64,000 bases of DNA, from NCBI RefSeq assembly GCF_000711695.1, contig NW_013547013.1:62001-126000 (forward strand), written 5' to 3'. The notes below the pieces were generated by a model. That model had not been told where the DNA came from. It saw nothing but the letters and a program-made list of their open reading frames with translations, and ran no database searches. This DNA comes from Tilletiaria anomala UBC 951. Its lineage: Eukaryota. The translations under genes and the position numbers were made by a program. This document shows positions 14,865 through 28,332 of this stretch, in pieces. The first letter of the stretch is position 1. Each line of letters starts with the position of its first letter.

Positions 14865-17287
14865 CTAAGACTTTTGCATGGTGAAAATTTCCGGCAAATC
14901 TCCCCAGACATCTTTGGCCTTTTTGGGCCCAGCGTCGACGACCTCTGCGCGCTTCTTGAAGTACTCGTGGCCGCCTGGGGCTCCGTACTGCCATTCGACA
15001 TCGTCGTTCTGCTTGTGGAACCAGAGCGGCTTGTACACTTTCCCCTCTGCCTCGCGCTTCTTGCGGCGCTCGCGCTGCGCACCCTCGACCGCCAACTTGG
15101 TCTCCTCGGCCTCGTCCACCTTGCCTTCCTCGAGTGCGCGCTGGTCCGGGCGCAAGCGCGAATCCGTGCATGGGAGGAAAGGCTCCATGTCCTTTGTAAT
15201 CTCGTTGAGGCTCATGGCAAAGTATGTGAAGCCGTAGTGATCCTGCGAGTTGGGTGGCATCTCGTTGGCCTCCCACAGAACCTGATAGTTCTCCTTGTCC
15301 TTCTGAATAGCAAAGTTATCGCTCCAGCGACCTTTGACCTCGGTCACCTTCTCTCCCTTGTTGTTGTAGACGAAACCGGCGACCAGGTTGCGCGAAGAGG
15401 AACCACCCCACATGTTGCCTTCTTTGAAATCGATGGCCAGCCGCGCACCTGTGCTCTCGTTTGTGACGGTGAGCTCGCCGACATGCTCAAGGTACTTATT
15501 GCCGGCGAGCAAGTTGCGCATAAACGACGACGGCTTCTTGAACGAGAAGATGTCGCCATCGGCAAGCTCGACCTTCAACGAACCGTCGGGGATGAGCTCG
15601 AGGGACTTGCCCCAGAACTTGTTCTTGACCGAGTTGCAGCCGTACGCCTTCCATCCATTGCCTTCGGCATAGGTTGCCACGACCGGAGGCTGGTGCACGA
15701 CCTTTTCCGCAATGAACTTGAGCTTGCCATCGTTGCGATAAAGCTCGAACGTTTCGCCGAGGAGTGGGTTGAACGGCTTGCGGCTTGCGCGCAGCTTGGT
15801 GCTCGAATAGCTACTCACAGCCCAGGCGCCGACTAAGCACAGCCTCTGAATCCAGTCTTCCGTCTTCCCTGCTCTCTCGAGCAGCTTGGGAGCGTATTCG
15901 TATTCCTCCGCCGCGGCTTGCAGCAGCGAAAGCGGGCAGTTGAACGAGACAGGGAAGGAGATGGTGGACAGGTCCTTTCCGACGTTTTTCTTGAGCATCG
16001 AAAAGAGCGATACCTCATCGCCGGATACCTTGGCAGGAAGTCGAGTACGGAATTTCCCATTCCCAACTCCTTTCTCCGTAGCATTCTCGTCACCACTGTC
16101 ATCGTCGTCGCCCTCTTCGCTGGCAGAAGCATCGCTCGCGGCGCTCGACACGTCTCGGCTCGATGTCTCTGGTTCATCGGCAATGTCAGTATTGTCCGCC
16201 GCATCTGCGTCGTAGAAGATGGCATCATCTTCGAAATTGGTCGCAAAGCTAGAGATGCTGTGACGGCTTTGTGCATATCTGCCATCCCCCTGCACCCTCG
16301 ATTTAATGGAGCTCATCATGCCTTCGCCGCCAAAGACGCGAGGTACACGAGACTCGAGCACATGTTGAAAGTTGGCATGCTCTGCTGCGAGCGAGTCGAT
16401 GAGGGTTTGCAGCGTAGCATTTAGCTCGGCCTCCTCGTCTGTAAGAGGTCAAAACATAAATTGTCAAGCATGGCTCCGAATCGGCCGCATCTGCCATGCG
16501 CTCACTCTTCCAAGAGAACATATTGAGGACTTCTCCTGTGACTCCCTTTTCCGCACGCTTGCGCGCAAGTAGCGCGGACTGTTTCTTGATCTCCGCTACG
16601 AGCCGGTTCATGGAATCGCTAGCAGTAAAGAGCGGGTTGAGGTCGACGCTCATCAGGTCTGTGCTGTCGTCCGTGACGACGTAGATCCGCCTCGCCTGGC
16701 CAGATGAGCGCTCAGGGATGAAGCTTTTCAGCTGCGATCGCCATGCACTAAAGTCTTGCGGGTTGAGCATCTTGAGGTCTGTAGCAAGGGGAGCAGACTG
16801 GAGATCAATGCTCTGCTGATGAAGCATCCCATGGTATTCTTGCCTCACGAAAGACGGATGATCCGCTGTCCACATGGATTGTGCCTGATTAAGAGAAATG
16901 GGTATTTCAAAGGTCAATCGCCTTTCGCATCACCCTGAGGTTAGGCGCACGATTGAAGAGAAATCTCACCATGATGCTGACTGCTGATGACGCTGGCATG
17001 AGGAATCTCAATCGAGTCGCGGGTTGGCTTATCGGGCGAGATCGAGTACGTGAGAATCCCTTCTTTCGTAAGGATCAGGTACCGCTTTGCGTACCCTGAA
17101 GGATAATTTGAACCAATCGATCAACAACCTCTGTGTCAGCTGCAAATGTTTGGAGGCCGCAGCCTTCCCTTGCTTCACCTTGCATCTTCTTGCGCTTCTT
17201 CTTGAGAACCCATCCCTCATGTAGAATATTCAAGCTCTTGATATCCGCTTGGCTATTGGACTTGTTGAGGCCCTTTGGGTTGCCCAT
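14865..17287 (-). CDS. OSH3: Oxysterol-binding protein (PH + FFAT + ORD), Osh3-like; 5' end uncertain and may extend toward ~17750
   Basis: PH start EGWVLKKKRKKMQG|YAKRY; FFAT-like EDDAIFYDA; ORD motifs KDLSTISFPVSFN, KPFNPLLGETFE, EKVVHQPP and TDSRLRPDQ. Confidence 0.85.
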
Positions 17288-18428
17288 GTTGACAATTGAT
17301 GCGCTGCCGTCCCTTTTCAAAAGACAGTCCTACCTAGGATCGACACCTGATAAGACCTTTACCGGAATCTGCCCCTGAATCCGAGCGAAGGGTATACCGG
17401 CCCCAATGGAAAAGGCCTTTAAGAAAGCGAGCGAGTCAGGAGTGCTGTGACTCGATGACGGGTTGTACGATGGAGCCAACGTGTGTGCCGTTCCCGTCGG
17501 GCGGTTGCGAACGGCGATCGCAATTTGGTGCACGGTGGTGTACTGGTGGTTGAATGCGGGGGTGGGGGAGAGGATTCGGAGGGAGTCGCGTCCGCTTCGC
17601 CTCTTGCGGTTTACGCCTGGTCCGCCGTCTCAGCGTCAACGCCGAGAGGATTTGTATGCTACGTATCTCCAGCTTCGTCTCGGGATGGAATCCACTCCAA
17701 GATGCACGCAAAACCTTGTGGGGACGAAGGTGGAATGCGGGGTCCATCGGTATGCTCTATTTTTTGGTTAAGCAACGGTGATGCGGCGAAGAGTCGCATG
17801 CAAGTGCAATGGTGGGTCGGCGTCAGTCGCCCAGGCGGGCCGTGTGAAGTCGTTGTGAAGGACCGAAAGGGTCACGTGATCAAGCGCTAGGCCTTGCCGA
17901 GGCATTGGTCCCATCATCCGCGCATCCACTGGTATTTCCCCACTCGTCGCTCACGCTCGATTAGGCTATATGCACATGTATGCTGCTCAGATTTGTATGA
18001 AGCTAGCCATTATCCCTGACATCGTAGATTACTTTGCTCATCTGCGGATTAGTATGCTGTGAGCCCCCGAAGTCGCGCCAGAGTCATGGACGAGCATCAG
18101 GCTATTGTCGAGGCCCAGTGATTGATGTGCAATAATTCAACGTAATTTCAACATTTCCCCATATTTCACGCTGGGCGTGGCCAGCCGTAGTCAGTCCTGT
18201 TCAGTCTCCAGACGAGTGCCGACGTGCCCTTGGCCACCGACCGACCCGCGCCTGTGCCACTATTGTGGACAAGATGACCGGTAGTGACCAGCAGTGATGC
18301 GGTGAGCCGGTGCCGTCAAATCATTGTCCACGGTGAATAAGTAGGATCATATGTAGCTACCACTATTAGCATACAAGCTCCTCAAACGCCCTCGTCTATG
18401 GCATCATGTCGTGGCGCGTGCCCTAATG

Positions 18429-21400
18429 TCATCGCGAACCAAAAGAGAGCAGATTCATCCTGTCAAAGCTGGAGCTGTTCGGCACCGAGCCCATCTCCCG
18501 CGCATTTCCTTGATCGTTGGACAGTACCGCCTCAGCATACATGACTTTGTACTTGACCAGCTCCTCTGCCATCTCGTCCTTTGCGAGCTGTAATGATGTG
18601 CAAACAGGAGCGAAATGTGACCATTTGTGCATAAGCATTCCACCCGTCCCAGAAAAAGAAAACTTGCAAATCATCCCTTACATTGGCCATCACAACTTGT
18701 TTGACCAGCTCGACGTGCTCCGCAGACTGAGCTGCCGCATTCTCTTCAAGCTCTTTGACCTTTGCCGCCAAGTTGCGATTGACAAGGCGCAGCGCCTCAA
18801 CCTCCCTGCGGTGCGCGTTCGCAGCGCGGACTTGTTCTTCGAATTCAGACGCATACTGGTCCAGGTTGTAAGACATGACCCGAATCTGGAACGCATCTTG
18901 TACAAAGTCGTTTGTCCGGTAAAGCGCTTTGCCCTTTTCGTCCCATTCGTCCTTCTGCAACGAGCGAAACAGAATAAGATCCGCCATCAGCTTGAACGCC
19001 AACCTTGAGCAGTTGTTACGCGACGAGGACTTACCTGATACAGATCAAACAGATTCTCCTTCAGAAAGGTCAGGCAGTTCTCAAAGTTGAGCTTGAGCAA
19101 CGTGTCCTCGTTCTTCTCCATCAGCGCCAGGGCGAAGCGAAATAGCGCTTCGACCCCCTCCGCAAAGACCGAGTCCAAGATGCGGTAGACCAGATCCAAG
19201 GGAAAGCGGTAGGAGCTGCAGGGGGCAAAATCGGGATCAGTCCATTGCGATCAGGCCTTCTAATTCATTTGTGTTACCTGTCTCACAAGACTGGAAGATG
19301 CAGCAAATGAGGGGTTTTCAGCTCTCAGCCCCTGCAATGATACCTGCAAAAACCACACTCACGAGTCATAAACCACTGGCTGGCATACATGCTGCTCTTG
19401 ATCCCGATCCGAACGAGATGCATGTGCAAGAGCGGAAGGGTGTCTTCAAGCAATCGATTGAACTGGTAAAGTCGCAGCTGCAGAGACGGCATGTTCGCTG
19501 AGGTGTATGGAGGTACACCCGGGGCACGTGGCTTCAGTTGTGAGGCGCACCGGGCAGGTAATGTCAAGCTAAAAGTGAAGGACTCACGAATGAAGTGCCC
19601 TCGGAGGTCGTACGCCTTCATGAGTCGAACGAGAGTTGAGAATGCCTCCCTGCATCACAAATTGGAAAGATCAGTGAGGTCCCGCAGGGTTTGTTCAGCT
19701 TCGCATGTCAAAACGCACTCATCCGGCATCTGTCAGAGCAGAAGAGCAAGCCATTCAGTCTTTGGCCGAGTCATCTCAATCATGAGGAGGATAAACGTAC
19801 GTTCAATAGCAGCGGCCCAACAACGAATTGCATCCCTTGACAATAACCGCACTCTTCATCATACAACGAGCTGGCCGGATGAAGGAAGAAAGTGCATGAG
19901 CACCAGTCGCTCCCGTCACGTGCCACCCACCGAGCAGGTGCTCAAGAGAGCTAAGCAACCCACTAAGCTTTAACTACGTTGAAAAGGTTCTCTTGCCCTG
20001 TACCCGCCCCTTCCTGAAAGTAGCCTTGCTCTGGAAATGTCCGCGCCAGGTCCCTTCTGATTGCCTTTTCGTGCGGGCTTGTCTGCTTGAGGTAGACTGT
20101 GAGTGGCGCGGAGCGTGATCAGCAACGTTGGAACTCGTACATAGTAGCTTGTACATGCTTGAAACGCCAGGTACTCGGCTCACAAGCATAGATCATTTCC
20201 ATCTCCTCGTCCTTGCTGCCGCTCATCAGCTGCCACATCATCCCCCGTAATGTGGCTGGTATACCGAGCTGTATCGCGCGGCTCAGCTCCTGTGGGTTGT
20301 TCCGAGCGACGCTCTGGTAGTCTACAGGAATGGAAGAGCTACACATAGTCAGAGGCAACGCGCATAGACGTAAGTGCGAGCGCTTAACTATGGGAACACT
20401 CACCGCTCATGACGCGACCCCAAAAGGGCCAGTCTATGTGGTCATCTGTATCATCTTCATTCTCGTTGCTTGCACCATTGAGAGCCTGTTCGGTCTGGGG
20501 CGCCTCCTCCTCTCCGTCGGCTAGCGATTGCGCTGCAGGTACTTCAGACTCGGGCTTCTGCGATTGCGGCGGTTTCCCCAGCACGACAGACTGTCTGTTC
20601 TTCTCCCTCTTCTGCACTCTCTCGAAATTCTCCCTGAGCTTCTCGAGCCCATCAATGCTGACGCGCACACCGCCGGTGCTAGTGGCAGTGTCCTTGCGGT
20701 CATCCGCGAAACCGAGGATGGCAGACCTGCGACCTGCGCGGCCGGCGGCACTGGCAGAGGTGGCAGACCAGCGTTTGCTCTCGCGCGATAGTGGGGCGCG
20801 CTGCGCCTCGGATAATGCTTCCTCAATGGATCCCATCTTGGCTGCCTGTTCGACACGAGGCGTACCTTGCGTTGTTGTGCCACCAAGACTGATGGAGGAG
20901 AAACGCTGATCGGCGCTGCTCTCCATCCCTGTAGAGTGGCCATTGGTCGCTTCAGCATGTGAGCTTCCGACTTCACTCCACCCGTCTGTCGCCGGGGCAG
21001 GAGGAGGGTCAAGTGCCGATTGCCATGAGTTCATCGCACCCAGCGCTGAAGTTGTTTCCGTCTCCGCTCCGTTTTTCTCTTGCGCCCATGCATCGACTGG
21101 TGTGGAGAACGGATTGATGAGAGTGGAGTCCGGCTCGGTCATTGATTTTGCACCCAGCGATGCAGACATAGGCGCTCTGGGCGAGGCGGCCTCGGACTCG
21201 ATGACGGCTTTGCTGGCAGCATTTTCCTGCTCCAAAAGCAGCGCATCTGTCCCTTCTGGAATTATGTTGTTGTCCTTGACGAGAAGAGGTGATGGCACAT
21301 GCTTGCCGATGGCAGCTGCATTCTTGGGCGAACATGACGATGTCAGCCGAGATTCTCCCCTGGATGCATCGCTGAGTAGGTTGCTCGAGCTGCCCATCGG

Positions 21401-21853
21401 CAGCTGTGGTTTGCTCATATCTTGCATTTCGAACCGCCGCCGTAGCGACGCGACACTCGTAGTAGGTGACAAAGCCATGGTGTTCCCAGGCGAACCAGAT
21501 GTGCTGTTGTTTCTGCTTGCGGCAGTCTCGACCACTGATGGCCCAGTCGAAGGCGACGTTGCAATCCCAGATCCCACAGCCATAGTACTGGCAATGGTGG
21601 GCGTTGAAGGTGGAGAACCCGCTTTGCTGTCCTTTCTACCAGCATCGATGTCCTTGCATGCCTCTCCATTTGCCTCACCTGCTGCGTGAAAACCCGATTC
21701 CTGCGTTGTAGACTGTGAGATTGGATCTGACTCTTCTACTGCGTCTTTGAAGATCGGTGTGCCGTGCTCGCCCTCGTCATCACTGCTGGTGGTGTTGAGG
21801 GCTGTTGTCGGTGTTACCGGACGCTCCTCGGCGCTGCTGCTGGCCATGGCCAT
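18429..21853 (-). CDS. GYP5: TBC-domain Rab GTPase-activating protein, Gyp5/Gyp51/EVI5-like, multi-exon
   Basis: Low-complexity N-terminus; GIPATLRGMMWQLM, IRRDLARTFP, MYASQWFMT and RILDSVFAEG motifs; C-terminal coiled coil. Confidence 0.82.
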
Positions 21854-22785
21854 CTTCACTTCGCTTGGAAAGCACAAGGCGATTCGCGTATACTGACCCA
21901 GCCAAGCCTGCTACTCTTTCTGGCCCTTGCGCCAAAGAGGAAGCTTCAAGACGAGACTATTCTAACTGAGTGTTCGGCGTTCGTGGCAAGTCGCACCTGG
22001 TGTCCTCAGCATCGAACTGAGCGCTGGACGCTGCCCAACAACTGTACCTTTCGCCCTTACTTCGCTCCTTCTCTGCCTTCGTCTCGGAGACTTGAGTCTG
22101 CCTCGGGTTCACTTCTTTTGCTTCAGAGATCCAGTGATGGCTACAGTTCACGGAATCGCCTGTATGCCATACAGTGTCTCAGGGCGGTGCAGATCACAGA
22201 CCATGACCTTGAGACGCCAGTCACTAGCAGCAACAACTCATCATCCTCGCACCTCCTACAAAGCAACTCAAACAGCAACACAGAACGAGATGAGACGCGG
22301 CCGCTCGCACACTGCGTGCACAACAGTCAACACTTCCAATATAGTGGACGGCTGCACAGAGCGCTCGTGCCTTCTTGATGCTGAATCTTGTGGCGCAAAG
22401 CGCTCGCCGCTCGGCCTGTTTTCATTCTTGTGTTGCACCACGCACGGTTCAGGTCTTCCCCTCGTGCGCGGCGTCAGCACTTCGGCAACCATCGGCATTC
22501 GGTGCAACTCGGGCAGATCCCGTCACGGATATACCACGTTGGAAGAGGCATTGGAGCTGGATGTGTCGACATAATGACAAACAGGCATGACGGTGTAAAA
22601 GCGCCTGCCACGGTGTTCGTAAAGTATGAATGCTACCTATGTAGATCTGAAACTCGTCTTTGAAGTACACGCGGATGGAAAGGGGACGCCACGGTATGTG
22701 CTCTGGCAGACGGGTGATGCGTACGACCTAAAAGAGCCGGGCTGCAAAATGTCTGCTTTTCGCGTAGTGCCAGCAACCTCTTACC

Positions 22786-24834
22786 TCAGGCAACAAGGCG
22801 GTCGATGGTAACGGTGTACTGTTCGCACGGGTGGGTAACCGAGCTGAGGTACCTGAGTGGCCAGTGTGCCACTTGCCCCTCCTCCTTGGTAGCCCATGAG
22901 ATCTTGAACTTAGGGACCACGGCGACGAGGAAAGCGCAACCCTCGTAGTATGCGAGTGTCCTGGAAACGCGCACGGTATCAGAGTCTTGCAAGTAAGCCG
23001 GTACTTCGGGAACACATCTAAGAAAAAAATGAGCGAAGCACTCACTGGCCGAGGCACAGACGGGGCCCTCCGTTGAACGAGTGGAACTTCCACTGGTTAT
23101 GACTGATGAAGGTGCGCGTGCCGGTGGTCTCATTGACAGATATAAACCGGTAAGGGTTGTATTCAGCCGCATCCTCTCCCCAAACATCCGTGCGACGGTT
23201 CATGACCCCTTGTAATTTAGAAGCATGGGGAACGTCAGAATTCCGCGGAACGGATCACCGGAGTTATAAATGGCCACACATGACAAGCCTACTCACAGTC
23301 GGACCAGCCGCACCACTCTCCTTTCTTCACTTCGAACGCTGGCAAGTTGTCTGGATTCGGCCCCGCCGGCTTCAATAGGACGTCTTTGCAGCAGATTTTC
23401 CCGTTCTTTGGCACGGCGGGGTGCAGGCGTACGGCCTCGGAAAAGCAAGCCTGCGTAAATGGAAGCTTCTTCATGTCGTCGTAGCCCATTAGGTGTGGCT
23501 TGTCTGCCATTTGCGCACCGTACACAGACTCGATCTCCGTGATCAGCTCCTTGACGTGCTCTGGGTGCTGGAAGAGCTCGAAGAAGAGCCAGCTGAGCGA
23601 CTGAGCCGTCGTGTCGCGTCCGGCGATGAGGAAGTTCATGACGACCACCAGCAGGTCTTCCGGGTCGGTGGTTATATCCATGAAGAGATCGAGCATGTCC
23701 TTACCGTCCTTCTCGATCGCACGCTTCTCCTTCGGAGCATCCGCGCCATGTTTCTGCTCCTGTTGACGCCGTTCGATGCGGTCAGATATGATCTCGAGAC
23801 CCGTTTTGCGCAGCTGCTGGATCGCCTGCCGCATCTTCCGCCCGTTAGAACTAAAGAGTTCGTAAATCTGGAAACCGGGGTAGACGAAGCGCTCATTGAT
23901 TACGCATTGCGCAAAGTCGAAAGCCGTCGCGAAAGGTACTGGCGTCTCGAGCACATCTGGCGATGAGCTGAGGCACTTAAGATCAGCCGAGAAGGCCATC
24001 TTGCTGAACGATGACAGCGTGTACCGGAAGAAGAGCTCAGGAAGGAGGATCTTGTTGCTGCCGGATGATTTGCGGGAAGCGACCTCTTGGAGCAAGCTGA
24101 ACACTTGCTTGAGCTCGCCGTGCACGGTCGTCTGCACCCAGTTACGAAATTGACCAGCACTGAAGATGTGACTGGCACGCTTTCGCTGGCCTTTCCAGTT
24201 TTCTCCGTCGGCGACAAAAATGCCATGCACGCCAAGAACATCCTCGAAGCGAGCTCGGAACATCCGACCCTTGACAAAATGATCAAAGTATGTCTTTTGA
24301 ACGGCCTCAATGTACTCGGGGCGGACCACGATGAATTGACGGCCTGCAAGGCCAGGCCAGAGAGAAGTCAGCAGAGCGGGCGCTTCGACGGGGAGGGCAG
24401 AAAGACACACCAAGCCCAAGCACACTCGTCTGCAACACGCCGATCTTGTTATCCTTGGTGAAATCTTGGAGTCGATGAAATTGTTCCTGTATGTGCACCC
24501 CGACTTTAGCAATGAAGCAATATTTTCACTTCCGGCAAGTTTATGCACCTCGGTTCCATTCTTGATCAAGACCCAAGTGTTGCCAATAAGCGGAAGCGCT
24601 GAGGGCGAAACGGTCGGCACAGTTCAATCAATCAATTTCGCGCCATCCCGGAAGACTGCTGACGGTTGACCTACCTCCTGGCATTCGAGGGATACCTGGA
24701 CGCGGCGCTGCGGTACCAATAACCCTGTCCGGGTAGAGCAGGGCAAGAATGGCCAAGATGAGGATAGCACTGGGGAGTGCGACTCCCGTCCTCTCAAGGA
24801 CGGATGCAAGGATGTTGTTAACCGTGACGGCCAT
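22786..24834 (-). CDS. Cytochrome P450 resembling fatty-acid/alkane hydroxylases (CYP52/86/94-like), multi-exon
   Basis: N-terminal TM anchor, GIFVADGENWKGQRK, I-helix AGRDTTA, ExxR (EAVR), PYRF, and heme motif FNGGPRLCLGQ (about 23045-23075). Confidence 0.92.
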
Positions 24835-26101
24835 TTTGTTCACTCAAGGTCTGGGAATCAGCCAGCTCCGACCACGTTGCGCTGTATGGATGAGCGATAA
24901 GATGGAGGCCCACACATATGGTGTTGCTTAGGGAGTCGCACCGGGTGGAGGGCCCAAAGTGCAGCAGTGGGTAGGTGGTGAATATGTGTGGGGTTGCGAC
25001 TTCGTGAAACATGATATATTTTGAATGCGTGTTACATTGCGTCGAGTGTGGGCGGCCCACGGCTCCTTCATAATACCGATTGCCGAGTGCCAAGGGGTGT
25101 GTGAGACAGTGGCCGAATCCTGAGTTGATTATTACATACATAGAGGGGTCTGCTGATGCGCTCATGTTTTTAGATGAGGACGATGCACACAGTTTTTGAG
25201 GGTGGGAAGCCAGAAGTGCGCCGCACTGCAACGAACGAAGCAGGGTGCAGAGCTGGGAGAAGGGGCGGCAGTATCTCGCGATGGCCCGTGCTTCTCTGCT
25301 CGCTCACACAGAATGTGTGCCAGTTTTGGGGGGGGGGGAAGGTCCCATAGCCCCAATTGTCCATGTACATAACACCATGTATGTACTTCAGCAACAATCA
25401 GGTCCACGAGTCACTATGTACTCGCTGACTATTGACGAGACTCCGGAGGCCAGCACGTGACGGAGAGACATGCGAGAAAGTGGGCGGGAACTGTGATGAC
25501 TTGTGACTTGACAATTACGAGGAGCACCTCTGTGGAGAACAACCTGATTATGGAGATGGACATCGCGGCTTGTAAATTTGCTAGTGATTTGGCTTTCCCC
25601 TTGTCTCTGCACGATCAATGCTTTCATGCAAGCCTGTGTTATCGTCATCATCACCATGCTGTCAGTATTTACGCTCTTTTGTTTCTCGCTCGAGAGCCGA
25701 GAGGTGCAAACTACAAGCGACACTGGCCTTTCTTTGAATGTGTTGGAACTGAGACATCAAACGATATAATAAGACTTTGCACTAGGAACTGAAGGAGAAA
25801 ATTACGTAATCTTGCTTGTCACCTTTTGGCTCCACTTCTCTCCACGACTCACCTGCTCTCCACTGAACCTCCATCCGTTGGCTCACTCATGACCCAATCA
25901 TCCTTTGATGTTTGTGTTGATCTTCTACTGGACACTTGACGTCGATTTGGTTTCCCTCTGTCGGATGATCTAGAGCGCTTCAGTTTGTCAGATGCAACCT
26001 GGGAGACTCAAAGTGCACGCAGTAAAGTCGTTCGGGCTAGCGTGTGCAACGTACGTTTCTTGCAAGAGACACCGCTAGCGGTCCATCGGCACTTGCTGGA
26101 A

Positions 26102-28332
26102 ATGCCGCACGTCACGTCTGTCGACTTTGACGCATTGGAAGGCCATGGGTACGGCCACGTGCACACCCCGTCAGCGCTGTACGCCGCTACATTCGCAGGC
26201 GAAGACTTTCTGCCCAGCTCTGCATCCTCAATAGCTCACGCATACGGAACCGATCCGTCGTCCTCGGCTTTGGACCAGCTCTACTATGACCAGGACCTCC
26301 CATGGCCGGTCTACTACATATCGCAGCATCCCTCATCCCGACACTATGATGCTCACTTCTACGCTACAGCTACCCTGCCACGTTTGGGACGCGCTGGTAG
26401 TGTCGTGCGCAATGCGCGCGATGCGACGCATGTTGGTAGTCTGGCCATGACCCTCCTACAGTCATGTGGCTGTCATTTGCGGTGGGCGCGCAAAGGATTG
26501 AGCGATGCAAATCGGTGGTCAGACGCGTGGCGATTGATTTCAAGGTGTGATGGCTGTCGAGCGTCCAACGAAATCTTCACCCTATACGAGAACATTTGCC
26601 TTTATTGACATACACTCGGATTCTCACCTTTTGCAGCTCTCCACAAATTCGCACTGGAGTCGTCAAAGGTCTCCTACTCTCCTCAGCAGTGTCATTAATT
26701 GTTTTCTTTTTTGAGTCGGCCTTCTTCCCGACGCAGCTCTTTCAACGGCAATCTGCAGCATCCGCCGTGTCGGCGGCACACGAAGCCGGCTCATCGCCAA
26801 TGGCGTGGGTCAATACACTCTTCCTCTACCCGCTCATTGGCGGGTGCTATCTCCTCGCGTCTTCTTGGACGACTGAGGTGGCACAGGCTGCCTACGACAT
26901 GCAGCGTGAAAAAGCCAAAAAGGGCGATGGCGAGCGCATGTCGGCCATGGCCAAAGGGATAGCTGAGTTCACGCCGACAAGTGCGACGTACGGAGGCCGC
27001 GGCCAAGACGGAGTGTCTGCCGGAGCAGCCGGTCCATCGGCCTTGTCCGTGGCTGGCATGGCGTCCCAAGCATATCGCTTCGTTCTGGTTGCAAACTATT
27101 CGTTGCTGAGTCTTGGCATCAATAAGATTTGCGCGCTTCTTGGGATCACATGGATCTCTTACCTCGGAGCGGCGGTCAATTTTGGGCTAGTGAGTCACAC
27201 TTCGTCTTGAAGTTGTTCTCACTTCCATTTCCCTTCGCTCACCGTATCTCCTGCATAATTTGCACTTTAGATTAGCTTCGTTGATAGCTATTACTGCTTT
27301 GAGCTGCTCTGGATGGCAAAAGGCTGGGGCTTTGAGAAGCGAGCGCGGTTTGCCGAAATGCGTTGGAGCTACATGGTCGCTTTCGGCATTCCATCCACGC
27401 TCGTTTCGTACTTCCACCCATCTGGCCTGCTCAATCTCATGCTCTTCATGCTTGGTGAGTCTTGAAATTGCATGTGCGGCAGCTTGCAAAATGGTGTGCT
27501 CATCAGTCTTCTCTGCTTGCTACTACCAGTGTTTCCGTTCTGCTCTGTTTTGGCACTACTAGCCGATCCAGTCCCTCATGACACTACAATTCTGCAGACT
27601 TTGCTGCCAGGGCGCCTATGCCTGCTCTTGCCGACGGTGCGTGTGCACCGCTGGCTTGTGCGTAACATTGTGTCGCGAGCCACCTACGGTCGGATGGGGC
27701 TTTCCGATTCGGCCGCCACGGCGACAGCTGCGGCGCTGGGCAGCAGCTTCCACAGGGCATTCTCGGTCGGGAAGACGAGCAACGCGGCAAGGTTCGCGCG
27801 ACAGATCTGGAATGACACGACACAGACTTCCCATGGCGGCTACATGCGATCTCCACAGCTGCAACAATATCGAAATGGTTGGGGTGGCGGTGGCGCGAAT
27901 AGCCCGAAAACCGAAGCCGCGTACGGGCAAGCGCTCTTAGCGCACGGCATAAGCGTCGCGGCACAGCATAACGCCGGAGACAATGCTGCTTGTGGATACG
28001 CAAATGCAACGCAGCCGCCCGCCACACCGCGGATAGGCAATGCGCCTCCGCCGCGGAGGACCGCGGCGACGGGGGCGTTTGGTGCTGTGGCTGCTACCAC
28101 AACAGCAATGACATCAGCGACGAGTTCAGCAGGCGTTGCTCCCTCACTGCAAGCCCCGTTAGCGCCCCCACCACAAGGGCTGGCACGTGATCAGGCTGCT
28201 GCTGTGGCAAGGACTTCAGAGCAGTCACCGACGCAGATCCTACCAGGAGCGACCGGCGCCGACTCCGCTGCCAATGGCCATGCGTTTCAGTCGTGGATGG
28301 ATGTAGCACATCGGCCCAAGAAGGCTGACTAA
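26102..28332 (+). CDS. EI24/EPG4-like multi-pass membrane protein, 4 exons
   Basis: Several TM segments; YYCFELLW...RARFAEMRWSYMVAFGIPST resembles the EI24 core; Pro/Ala-rich tail. Confidence 0.58.

Noticed and set aside
14874..15836. Long antisense ORFs (also 31952-32722, 33185-33955, 41108-42031, 42270-43094 and 58131-58547)
   Set aside because: Shadow frames opposite well-supported genes with GC-rich third codon positions; no recognisable domains.
17871..17880. GTCACGTGAT E-box/SREBP-like site upstream of the OSBP gene
   Set aside because: CACGTG occurs repeatedly in the window, including within CDS; one copy is not evidence without conservation.
25328..25338. G11 homopolymer and other short microsatellites
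   Set aside because: Isolated simple repeats with no supportable function.
25490..25548. Possible C/D snoRNA (GTGATGA...CTGA)
   Set aside because: Too short, with no terminal stem or recognisable rRNA guide.
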